A stretch of 64,000 bases of DNA from Lingula anatina (Eukaryota > Animalia > Brachiopoda), in NCBI GenBank assembly GCA_051362555.1, contig CM120640.1, positions 6,200,001 to 6,264,000 on the forward strand, written 5' to 3'. The notes under the pieces were generated by a model. It saw nothing but the letters and a program-made list of their open reading frames with translations, was not told the origin of the DNA and made no database searches. A program made the position numbers and the translations under genes. This document shows positions 51,284-64,000 of the stretch, piece after piece. Within the stretch, counting starts at the first letter, position 1. Each line of letters starts with the position of its first letter.

Positions 51284-54200
51284 ATGGATAACTCAACGTA
51301 TGTATTGCCAATACAATCAAAGTGGAAAGAAGCAAATTCTTTGGATGTACATTGTTCAAACGATGACTTTGTAGACTCATTTATCAGAGCTGCACGTGTG
51401 TACATAGAAAAACCACAGGTGGTGAACAGAAGGCTATGTGGGGCTGTACAACTTGCTTCATTTGAAAAACTATCACAACTAAGATCTGACATCAGAGACA
51501 TTCTTTTTCAAAACAGAACAATTATAGCCGAGAAATCAACACCATTTCAATTCAAGAACGAACTTTGGGCCGATTGTGTGAAGAGTAAATTGGCCCACCC
51601 CCATGCAGGTGCTCGTGATCTCGATGATACCTCACACTTTGTTGCATGTATGACAAACGAAATCATACTACAGGATTTGTTGCCAAGGAATACTAACAAG
51701 TTTCCTGTAATAAGACAGCTTGTTGTCTTAGGTAATCCAGTTGTATAAACTTTCATGAGTTTAGTTAACTCGTATGTGAGCACTAGTACTGTAGATTTAT
51801 CACAACCTCTAACAGCCCCCCCCCCCCCCCCCAATCAGAATCTGGATACTGTAAGGAAAATTTGGAAATTACAATTACCAAAATAGCAGGTGGAAATGGC
51901 ATGTAAGAAAGGGAATTACCTAATGCATTTATGTTGGTAAAGAATTTCTTTCTTTCTTCCTGTTATAATTGTTATTATTATTATTATTATTTTTTTTTTT
52001 TGGTGGGGGGGGGGGGGGTACATGTTTATTATTTATTTGTCTGTCTGGGAGATTAGCTAATTAACATGCTTCATTGTACTTCTCTACGCTACCTGTAACA
52101 GTCTCGGTCTTTAGCCTCTATTTACAGAAATATTTTTGATAATTGATTTCAGACAGGTTGGGTTCCAGCTTGGTCGTTCTCCCTCTATGGCATTACAAGA
52201 AGGAAGGCATTCAGTCCAACAGTAGTGAGTGCCAGGATCTTGTTTATGAAGTAAAACTGTGTGTAGAAGATGGAAAATGTCAGTAAGTACATGTATATAT
52301 GCTCATTCAGAACATTATTAAGTGTTCCTTTTTAAATTTATTTTTTAATAAAAAAATTGCAGTTTTAGAGCTACCCTGGTTTCTGGATTTGTCATGTTCT
52401 CATCAAACTTGGAGACCAGCAGCAAGTAATCATAAATACTGGTACGTAAATTATATATAAATCTATTGATATGCTACAGTTTAAGTGAGACGCAGGTTAT
52501 CTTGACATGTTTTATTCTCTGAGTAACCTGATAATTTCTTTTAAACATCCAATAATTTTTCTTAAATGTACTTGTAGGTTAAAGCTGAATGTGTGTGTGG
52601 ATCCAGACATGCCTCCCAGTGACAGCAGTGAACAGTGGCTGTGTGATGTCATATTACACAAGATGGCCAAATGGATGGAAGAGCCACCTCTTAGAAAACC
52701 CAACATTTCATCATTACAACTTTTGCCAATTGATGCGTACAATGATTTGTACCAGCATCTGAAGGAAAAATATGGGAGAGAACTAGTTGAGGCAAGGATA
52801 AGAAACAAACCATGTCAGTTAGCAATTGAGTGTTACATATTTCAGGCCAGTAGCTAAAAGAACCACCCATTTTGTCAGGAATAGGTCCATTCTGGGTAAA
52901 ATTTGATCTAGGTTCACAAAAGTTTCATTGTAAAAGGTCCACTTAAAAAAAAAGAACCTCTTTATGAAATTGCTGGCTACAGGCCTGCATAAAAATGTAA
53001 TAAATCATGGTATTAATTTCTCTTTTTTTGGAAGGTGATGATGATATTTATTTGGAACTGTTACACTTATCAGGATCATAATAGTGATAATAAAATTTTC
53101 ATTAATTATAAAACAGATAAAGGACATAAAGATGTATTTATTATATATTTTATACATTATAATAACAGTTGAAAGTGCTTCCTGTAAAATTATAAACTTA
53201 CTTAAAAGGGAAAATATTATCTTTAAGTTCAAACTAAGGTAGTTTTAAGTTTCTGGACACTTGCACTGTTCACCAATATTGTCATTAACTGTTTGATAAT
53301 TTTCAGAAGTGGCCTGAAAGGACAGACCCCCAAAAATTTGTCTTTGAAGATGTAGCCATTGCAACATATTTACTGGTAAGATAATAAAATTTGTATACAT
53401 CGAATAAGGAATCACATTCCAGAGAGTCCGAGAATTTAGTTGTTTCAAAATGAAATGAGATAATTTGTGTAGATTAGATACTGAATCATGTCAGAGAGTC
53501 AGGCAGTTAAGTTGATTCAAAGTGGAGAGAACGTCAAAGCATTCCAAGATTTAATGTTTTTCTTTTTCTTTTTAATTTGAAATTATGTACTACTAGCTGC
53601 TTACCATCATTCTATCCCCTCTTGAAATACTCACTAAAACCAAAACATGGCGATTAAAAAAAAGAAAAGCATTTCTTTTTGCCTTTTACTTACTCTTCTT
53701 TACAAAAATTCACTATTTTTGTGTTTTAAGGTCACCTGGGAAAGAGAACGTGTAGACCTGGGACTTGAGAAGAAGCAGTCTTTTGCAGATCTTGGTTGTG
53801 GTAATGGGCTATTGGTGCATATCTTGAGGCAAGAAGGGGTAAGAGAACATTTCTCCAAAGTTAGAAAAAAAATGTTACACAATTGACACAACAGAGGCCT
53901 TTAAGGGAAATATAAACCTGTTTATTTTGAGCTGATGGAATCCAACTTCAGAGTAAGAAAATAGACAAGCTTGTTGGCTTCAGTCCCTTCAGTTTTCGCT
54001 CTCTCTAAAACTCTCGTGTTTTATTTGAAGACATTTTATCTACCATAATTTTGAACATTGCATCATGCACAACTGTCACAATATATCAGCATGTACTCCA
54101 CATGTTTAAATCACCTTCCAGCACCCAGGTTTTGGGATAGATGTCAGGAAGAGGAACATCTGGGATATGTATGGAGATAGCATTGATCTCAGAGTAGGTA

Positions 54201-56545
54201 TTCTTGTCAAGTTTGAAAGATTTTTCTTTTCATTATGTTACCTCCTTAGGCATGTACAAGTAAGATGTGGCAATTTGTAATGGAAAGGTCTAGCCTGCTC
54301 TTTTGCTATTCCTTATGTATTTGAAAAATTTGATAGGTACTTATTTAAATCAAACCCTGAATCTGGTAGTTGGAGATATTTCATACCTCTTTATAACCAT
54401 GACATATTAATGTAACAAAATCAATTTTGTGTTTACAAAGCTTTTGCCTTGGAGACCATTCATTGAGGTTTGCATTTCTTCTAAAACCAAGGAGTAGAGG
54501 GGATTAGGGTATTGATTACATGTAATTATTGACATTGTTTATTATTTCAGGAAGCACCAATCATACCCTCAGATACCAATCTTTTTTCCAACACAGATTG
54601 GCTTATTGGTAACCATAGTGATGAGTTGACGCCATGGATACCAGTAATGGCAGCAAGGTTAGCGCACATTATATGCATAGTTCTATGTTTGGTATGTCTG
54701 TTGATAATATCTTTTATTTGGCCCATAACACCATTATTTGTTGTTGGAATTTTTTTATTCCTTGACACAATTCTCATGTGAATTAATGTGAATTAGATAT
54801 TAACTTCATTTAAATTTTAGAATTTAAACAAAGTTTTATGAAATTCAATACAATTTTCAGGTCCTCCTATAACACCAGATTTTTTGTGCTACCATGTTGT
54901 CATCATGACTTTGACAGCAAGTTCAGTGGTAAGAATGCAGGAGAGAGCCAGTATAGGACGTACCTGGATTTCATCAAGACTGTATGTGAAGTGTGTGGTT
55001 TTGATGTGTTAGAAGATGCACTAAGGATACCATCCACTAAACGTGTGAGTTGAAGTCAAACTTCTACGAAAAAATTTGGCACCAAAGTTTTGTAGAGGTA
55101 CAAGAATTAAAATAGTCACTCATTCTTAAATTTTGTTTCATGGAAAGCAAAACTACAGAAGATCAAATCTGTAAATTGTAATGGACTGGTATGTAATATC
55201 TCATTTACAAAAAACAAACATTTCTCTCTTTAAGAGCCACATGTTGTTAGTGTAAGTGCTATTTTATTTCAGATATGTCTGATAGGGAAAAGCAGAAGTT
55301 ACACAACCTCAGAAGAGGCAATGGTAGATCAGAGAATAACTGAATACATAAAGTCCAGGTGCAAAAATATGGTTGACAACCACTGCCCAATACAATTGAC
55401 AGGTCATAGTCATGGAACTCCATTGGATTCTGATAATGAGCATGCTGTCAGTGTTAATAGGACAGGAGATGGACAATTACAGACTACAAATACAACTGAT
55501 AAATTACAGACTACAAATACGACTGATAAAGCTTGGGCACTCTCTTTTCAACCAAGGGCAAAAGTAGAGAAAGTTCGAAACTGTACCCAGTTGCCTCATG
55601 ATCTGACATCTGAGGTTGTCCAGAGGGTGTTTGATGCTGTGCTGAATGCAGAAGACGCTGTTTTAATGTGTACTGAAGATGGTCGTAACTGGTGTAAAGG
55701 AGGTACTTTATTGAAGAAAATAAGGTCTTAAGTCAAATAATATTGATATTGCACCGTTAGAGAATAATTTCAAATTTGTTTTAAAAATGTAATGATGTTG
55801 ACTTACACAAGAAATTTATAATAACTATTGAAAATAATATGAAAAATATCAATGAAGTAAAAATAAGTTTTAGTGTTTTATTGTTGTAGGTGTGGTCCCA
55901 CTCTCCAGTATTGTCAGTTTACTGGGCAGTGATATACTGAAGAGGCTTAAAAGTGAATGTGGTGGAGTGCAAACATTGCTGAGAAATCATCATAACATCT
56001 TTCAAGGTATAGATACGAGTACTTTAGATCCAAAATATAGGGGAAATACTTTTTTTCTTCTAAGGGAAAATGATTTTACTTAAGACGTTTTTTTTTTTCT
56101 TCTAAGGGAAAATAATTTTACTTAAGATTTTAAAATATTGATAAAACTTTTGGATTGATCTTCAGATTTTTTAAGGCATTGTGAGCAGTCTACATGACAT
56201 TTGTAAATATGCACACTAATTATTTAGCCTTGCACCATTTTAACTTTGAAATCTTTAAACCAAGACATGAAGATTTAACTTTTGATTATCAATTCCATTC
56301 CAGTAAGTGGGGGAGCTGTAAGGCTTAGATATGATGATCAAGATGGACACAATTTACAGTATAATGTACCTCCACGTAAAAAACAGAAGATCAAACAAAA
56401 GGACTTGAAACAAAAACCAGTGAAAACTAAATTGTGTTGGTTTCATGATAATCATCCAGATGGCTGCCCAAAGACCAGAGAACACTGCCAGTTTGCACAT
56501 GGTGCAGAAGACTTGAATAAAGGAAGCCAGCATGAACAAAATTGA
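51284..56545 (+). CDS. TRMT44: tRNA (uracil-O(2)-)-methyltransferase TRMT44, ~706 aa, 11 exons
   Basis: Exons 51284-51731, 52153-52282, 52578-52791 (GC donor), 53307-53375 (KWPERTDPQKFVFEDVAIATYLL), 53731-53838 (FADLGCGNGLLVHIL), 54122-54193 (GIDVRKRNIW), 54551-54657 (WLIGNHSDELTPWIP), 54861-55044 (FVLPCC..LRIPSTKR), 55273-55702, 55890-56006 (LKSECGGVQTLLRN), 56304-56545 (CCCH finger KTKLCWF..GCP..C.FAHG). Total 2121 nt in frame. Confidence 0.95.
52843..52987. mobile_element. Degenerate small MITE in TRMT44 intron 3
   Basis: Terminal inverted repeats CAGGCCAGTAGC ... GCTACAGGCCTG with 1 mismatch; no clear TSD. Confidence 0.45.
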
Positions 56546-57130
56546 GTTAGTATTTCATTTTAAGTATTGGTGAGAAAAATTTCAGTGCTCTGTGCAATAG
56601 AATCCATTTATGCTTTGTACTTGAACATACCATCAAGTACCTCTCTTCTGCAGAGGAATTGTCAAAGGAAAAGAATAGTGCAGGTTACATGATTATTATT
56701 GGATTTTTGTAATGAACAATTTTATGTAATAAAGATAATTTAGTTTGTCCGGATGGTTAACCATTTCATTCATTCAATAAATAGTTTTTATTATTAAGAA
56801 AAAAACTTTTTGGTAGAGGTTCATGTACTGTTGACTTTTGCTCTTCTAAAATATCATCTCATAACCCTTTTCTGTGCAGAATACGACCTTCCTATACATG
56901 AAAGATACATCCTCTGGTTTTAAACCATTCATGTTCAGCCAAAATTGCATGCCAGTGTGCCTCGTCCACACAATCCAGTACTTCTACCGCCTGATGTAGT
57001 AATATTCTAAAACAGCTCGTCTTGAAATTCAAAGCAACTGACAAACTACTTTTTTCACTTCATGTAAATATGACATTTTTATTTGTAAAGTTTTTTTATG
57101 AACAGAATTCTCAATGAAAAGGATGACTTC

Positions 57131-58932
<1,802 letters not shown>

Positions 58933-58939
58933 GTTAGCT

Positions 58940-59050
58940 AAAAGAGGAAGTATGAAAGGTTTAACCCAGTCAATTCAAGGTGCCCGGAAGCTCGTGATTT
59001 TAAATTGCGCATGTGCTAATCTAATTTTACCCTTGGAATTACTTCCGGGT
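58940..59050. promoter_or_regulatory. Bidirectional RPL23A/RAB34 promoter with a TCT/5'TOP initiator
   Basis: CTTCCTCTTTT (minus strand, 58940-58950) sits directly before the RPL23A ATG. Oppositely oriented ETS sites CCGGAAG (~58984) and CTTCCGG (~59042); NRF1-like TGCGCATGTGC (~59006). The RAB34 non-coding first exon ends at the donor CAG|GTATGT at 59130. Confidence 0.7.
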
Positions 59051-59859
59051 TGTGAGACTTGTGTTGTCAGAGGCGAGCATTTATCTTTGAGCATTTATCT
59101 TTGGCAGGCGACTCTAAACAGGACACGCAGGTATGTTCTCTTTATTATCAAACTTTTACATTTGCATTAATCATTCGAAAAGACATTCTTTTGCGCTTAT
59201 TGCTTAATGCACACCACGGCTGTCGGGTCTCCACTGATCTTTTCCAGATCCTAAAAATGCATGGAAAACGAGTTCATTATGAGATTATCGATTTACTCTT
59301 ACTTGTCTAGACTTCAGATTTTTTCTACGTGAGTGTTTTTTATCACCAGTGAAAATTTGGAACAGAACGACACATAACTCTGCATAAATCTGTACACGAA
59401 AGTTTATGGTGTGTCCTATCACTTCCATGTCTTTACTTTTCAGATTTTTTAATAAGTACATGTATTTTTGGCATATTTTTGCACTAAAACTTCCGGAATT
59501 CCTTAAACCCCCTACTCTCAGGTTTACAAATTTCTAGGGCCAAAGACTAAGAAAAGCAAAAGACACACTTACTTAATGAATTAGAAAAAAGTGTTTACTA
59601 GAATGTTTACTCTTTTGCGATCTACAGTATGAGAAGTGCTGCATTTTACTATGTTTTAATAGTTAAACTTCATGAGACAACAAGAACACATCTAGAGGCT
59701 GCATATAGCTTGTTGAAGAAATCTGGAAAACCAACACTGCTGTTCAAATGTTAATCCTTTTCATTACTGGAAAAAGACAATTATTCGAGATAGATTTAAA
59801 TAATTTTATTGCTTACCAATATATAATAAAGCCAATGTGTGTTCTAGGTAGCAGTTGCT

Positions 59860-62800
59860 ATGCCCCGGGGAAGTCAGACCCCAGGGAGGGTTGTCATATC
59901 CAATGTTGCCAAAGACAGAATTATTACCAGATTTCAGAAGGTAGGTCTCTGGTCTTAAGTTTATAGCTTATTGGAAATTAATTGATGGTGCTGGTTAACA
60001 AGTTGTGTCTTCAGTGAACTGTACTGCAGGTAATGGTCACCAGTAAAACACCATGGGCGTTAAGTTATTTTGATTGAAATGGTAAACTTAGATGTCAAAG
60101 TATTTTACTTGTGGCTTTTGATAGTGGCGTCTTCATATACTGTACTTGTTGCCTCTGTAGCAACAGGCCATTCTCAATAATTTTTAAAACAAGGTCGATT
60201 TTATCTCTCACTGATAATGATATAACATTTTTAAGGCATCTTGCTTTCTGTTTGCTGATTGTTATTTAAAACAAACAGTCTGTGTTGGTTTGCATTCATT
60301 ATACTTTATTATCTCATGTTTTTCAATACAGAACAACTCCCTCTTCTGCTTTACTTCAGCCATGTTGTCCTGTGGGTCCTTATAGCAGTAAATTAGATTT
60401 TCACCCCAAAGTGAAGTCTGCTTGCACTGAGAACAGGGTCAGCAAAGTTGGGTATGTAAGATTACAGCTTTGTTTGTTTGTTTGCCCACTCCTAAGTGAA
60501 TTATTTGATGTACACATTATGAAATCCTTTTTGAATTATTTTATTATACTACTTTCTAAAAGATGTTTAAAGATTTTATTCAAATTTAATTGTGGTATAT
60601 AATTTTCATCATTTCAAGCAAAATTAATGTTTTTTGAAAAAATGCTAATGGTAGTTAAAATATGAGTAATAAAGGTAATGAATTAAGAAAAAAGAAATAA
60701 CAAAAAACATTAATCACATACGGTAAACGAAGTGATTTACTTACACACATGTCATGACACATTTGAATTTTATTTCTTTATTTATTCTTAGACTGAAAAT
60801 ATCCAAAGCAGTGATAGTTGGTGATGTTGCTGTTGGAAAAACATGCCTTGTTAATAGGTACGTACAGTACATAATTTTCTCTCTCGCTTCTTTGAATATG
60901 TTTTTATGGTCATTGTCATGATTGTAAACCCTTTTATTTTTAAAATATTTTAATACATTTTTAATTAAAATTATAAAAAAAATCATGTGTGCCTTTTTCC
61001 AATTTGAATTTATGTAATCATGTTTTAAGTCATTATTATTACCATATAAATATTTTCCTTAATTTTCATGATCAAAGACTACTTAAATAATATATATGTA
61101 GACCTAAGTTTTATGTTTTCAGATTTTGCCATGACACATTTGACAGAGATTACAAAGCCACCATTGGTGTTGATTTTGAAGTTGAAAAATTTAGCATACT
61201 ATCTGTTCCATTTAGTTTACAAATGTAAGTGTTTAGTGGAATGTTCTTCTAAATGTGATGCATGTCAAGATTTCAAGATAGTCCAAGATTTCACCTCTTT
61301 TATCAACATGCTCTGTCATTTCCAGTAGCACCATTATTTATCCCCTTTCAACTTTGTTTTGGGTGGCTTGTACTGGTTTAAAAGCACATTTCATAGTTTT
61401 CAAGTACGTAATAGAATTCATGCTTCCCGTTAAGAAACTGCACCATACTCTTTTATAAATTTGGAAACTGAAAGAATGAAGACCCTTTACAGACTTCTTT
61501 AAAGAAGGCCCATGTGTTTTGTTGCAAAGACCATGTTATATGTTATATAATGCTCCTGAAATAATTTAAGCGAGCATGATTTAGAAAGTGTCTGTAATTT
61601 TAGCTGGGATACTGCTGGTCAGGAAAGATTCAAATGTATTGCTGCATCATACTACAGAGGAGCAAATGGTGAGTTCTGAAGGACAACTGCTTTTATGATA
61701 GAGACAGAAAAGTGCCATTCATAAGTGATGCTGCAAAGATGACCCTAAAAAGCTTCAAAATGAATAATACATTTTAAAAATTACAGCGACCATGTGTGTA
61801 CCATAGATGTTGTTGTATTGAACATATTTTTACTTTTGCTGTCTTGAATTTAAGAATTGAGCAAAGCTAAAGGATTAGATAACTTGACTTATTTTAATTT
61901 TAGGTACTTCTTTTACTTGTTTGATAAAGGTTAATAATAGCTTCTATTTTCTTCAGTTGTGATTGTGGTATTTGACCTGGGTGATATTCAGTCTCTAGAG
62001 AATACAAGGAAATGGTATGATGAAGCCAATAAAAGTGCAGATGACCCTTTGGTTTTCTTGGTTGGAGCCAAGAAGGACCTTGTGGTGAGTTACTATCAGA
62101 ATATTTCTGCTTATTTCAGACTGAAATAGCCTGTTTTAAATAGTTAACAATTAGAAGACCAATGTCTTTTGAACATTTTGTTTGAAAAAGTCAAAGGTGA
62201 TTAATTTGAGAATACATCACAAATTTAATAGAAGTTTTGATATTTTTATCATTGCTTGCATGTTGTTAAGTTTAGTAGCGTGGACATTTGATAATTGAAA
62301 ATGATTTATATAAACAGAAGGATGTTGTTTTTGTGATAAAATAGTCAGAAGCAACTTACAAAGATGTTGAAGACAAAGCACTAGATATGGCAGACCAGTT
62401 GAAAGCAGAATTCTGGGGGGTGTCATCCAAGACAGGTAACTTTTAAATTCAATAATTGCCTGAAAAAACTTCATTTATTCTAAAGAATATATTTTGATCT
62501 TTTTATTTAATCATCGACAGAATTAATTGAAATTTGCCAGAAAAAATGCTATCTGACAGTTTTTGAAATTATTTTGTACTAACACACTAGTTCGGAGACA
62601 TAATTGATCTTTTTTTATAGTCAAAATAATATCTTAAATCATGTAATTGTTTTGTATTTTTCATTTGTGAACAGAAGAAAAGTTTGGTTGAGTTTCATAT
62701 CATTTTAGGTGAAAATGTTCAAGAGTTTTTCTTTCGCCTGTCATCACTCATGTTTGACAAAGCAGTTCTAGATGAAGTGGAAACAACAACTGCTGGAAAG

Positions 62801-63073
62801 CAAATAGGACATTTGGGAACTGGAAGCATAAGTAAGATTTAACGTATTAATCAAACCCTTCACTTCTAGAATTTTAATTCTTTTAAGTATAAATTATTTA
62901 TGGACAAATTTTATACATTTGTCTTAAGCTCATAGCAAAGTGAAAACACGGCCCTCTCACATTGATACTGCTGCAGCTGCTCAATAATGGTTAATGTTTA
63001 TCCTTTTCCAGAAGTTGACAAGAATAATGAAAATATGTACGACAAAAGCAAGAAAAGCAAGTGCTGTCAGTGA
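59860..63073 (+). CDS. RAB34: Ras-related GTPase of the Rab34/Rab36 family, 269 aa, 9 coding exons
   Basis: Exons 59860-59940, 60360-60451 (DFHPKVKSAC), 60792-60857 (GDVAVGKT), 61123-61224 (YKATIGVDFE), 61604-61668 (WDTAGQERFKCIAASYYRGA), 61957-62084 (VGAKKD, the Rab34-type G4), 62345-62435, 62709-62831, 63012-63073 (KCCQ*, prenylation). AATAAA at 63131. Probably co-orthologous to RAB34 and RAB36. Confidence 0.93.
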
Positions 63074-64000
63074 GGAAGTGTCACGTCAGATATCTTTCTG
63101 GTGCTGCAAAGTCAAGTTTTTCAAGCACGGAATAAAGACAATTCTTTGTCTGTGCCCAAGAAGCTAAAAAAACTGGAGAGGGGCTGTGTGTGTGTGATTT
63201 TTGTTGTCTTATATCTTTCCGTTTTCTTTGTAGATAGACTATATTTATATCTCAAAGAAATGATATACATACTTTTTAAAAAAGGAAATTAATACCAATC
63301 ATTATACATTGCATTTCAATCCAAAGTAAAAATACAATATTTCCATGCAATTGTTCACATTACTTATACCAAGTGAACACCTATAAGTGGAAAGTGGTCA
63401 AAATAGGTGCTTTTACTTTTGAGTTGATAACTGGATAGAGATATTAAATTCAAAAACTGGAAGTTGGACAAACTCAATCAAATGTCATAATAATTTCAAG
63501 TCACAGTTCTACAAACAGTCCCACTTATTGCTATCAAGAGCTTGGAACATAAGAGGTCACAAAGGAACCGATACAATTGTTTTCAGTAATATTTTTCTCT
63601 GTAGACCAGAGAATTTTGATTATGTTGTTTCAAACTATTTTTTTTTTGTACACACAGGAATGTGGTCACATGTCTATGCACTTTTCATGATTATATACTT
63701 ACATTCCCCTATATTATATTTGTAATAGCATTAGAGCTTATTTTTCTGTAGTTTTTGTATATTGTGTCAACTCCGTCCATGGTCTTTTACCTATCAAGTT
63801 ATCGACATAAAACTTAACGTTTTTTCTCCCAATTTTGAATATAACGCTTTTAGAATATACACATATCATCATTAATATTTTTCATTATTTTTATTTATTT
63901 ATTTATTCTTTGTAATTCTCGAATATGATGAACGAAAGTGAAGCTTGCTAGGTGTATCAAGCACCTCTAAACTCGTGACCTATGGGGTTATGTAGTTCAA

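Overview
Eukaryotic, intron-rich, AT-rich animal DNA. An invertebrate, possibly lophotrochozoan, is my inference from gene content and repeat types. The ORF track is mostly noise, so I assembled the genes by hand from splice signals. In order: (1) the 3' part of a DEAH11/12-like RRM/KH/RBR (RING-IBR-RING) gene (<1-2328, +), whose stop codon is supplied by a 1.5-kb TIR transposon inserted in its last codons; (2) two more MITEs (4.5-5.8 kb); (3) a 27-kb, 14-exon Musashi gene (-), with candidate cassette exons and a cluster of Musashi-binding UAG motifs just upstream of its own ATG; (4) an 8-exon, 372-aa multipass membrane gene (41456-50951, -) resembling fungal Ice2/SERINC-superfamily proteins, whose introns hold a Helentron-type HINE with a 146-bp satellite, a decayed DNA-transposon ORF and a MITE; (5) TRMT44 (+), head-to-head with gene 4; (6) RPL23A (-) and RAB34/36 (+), head-to-head on a ~100-bp promoter, the same arrangement as in human. 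All homology calls come from recalled motifs; no searches were run.
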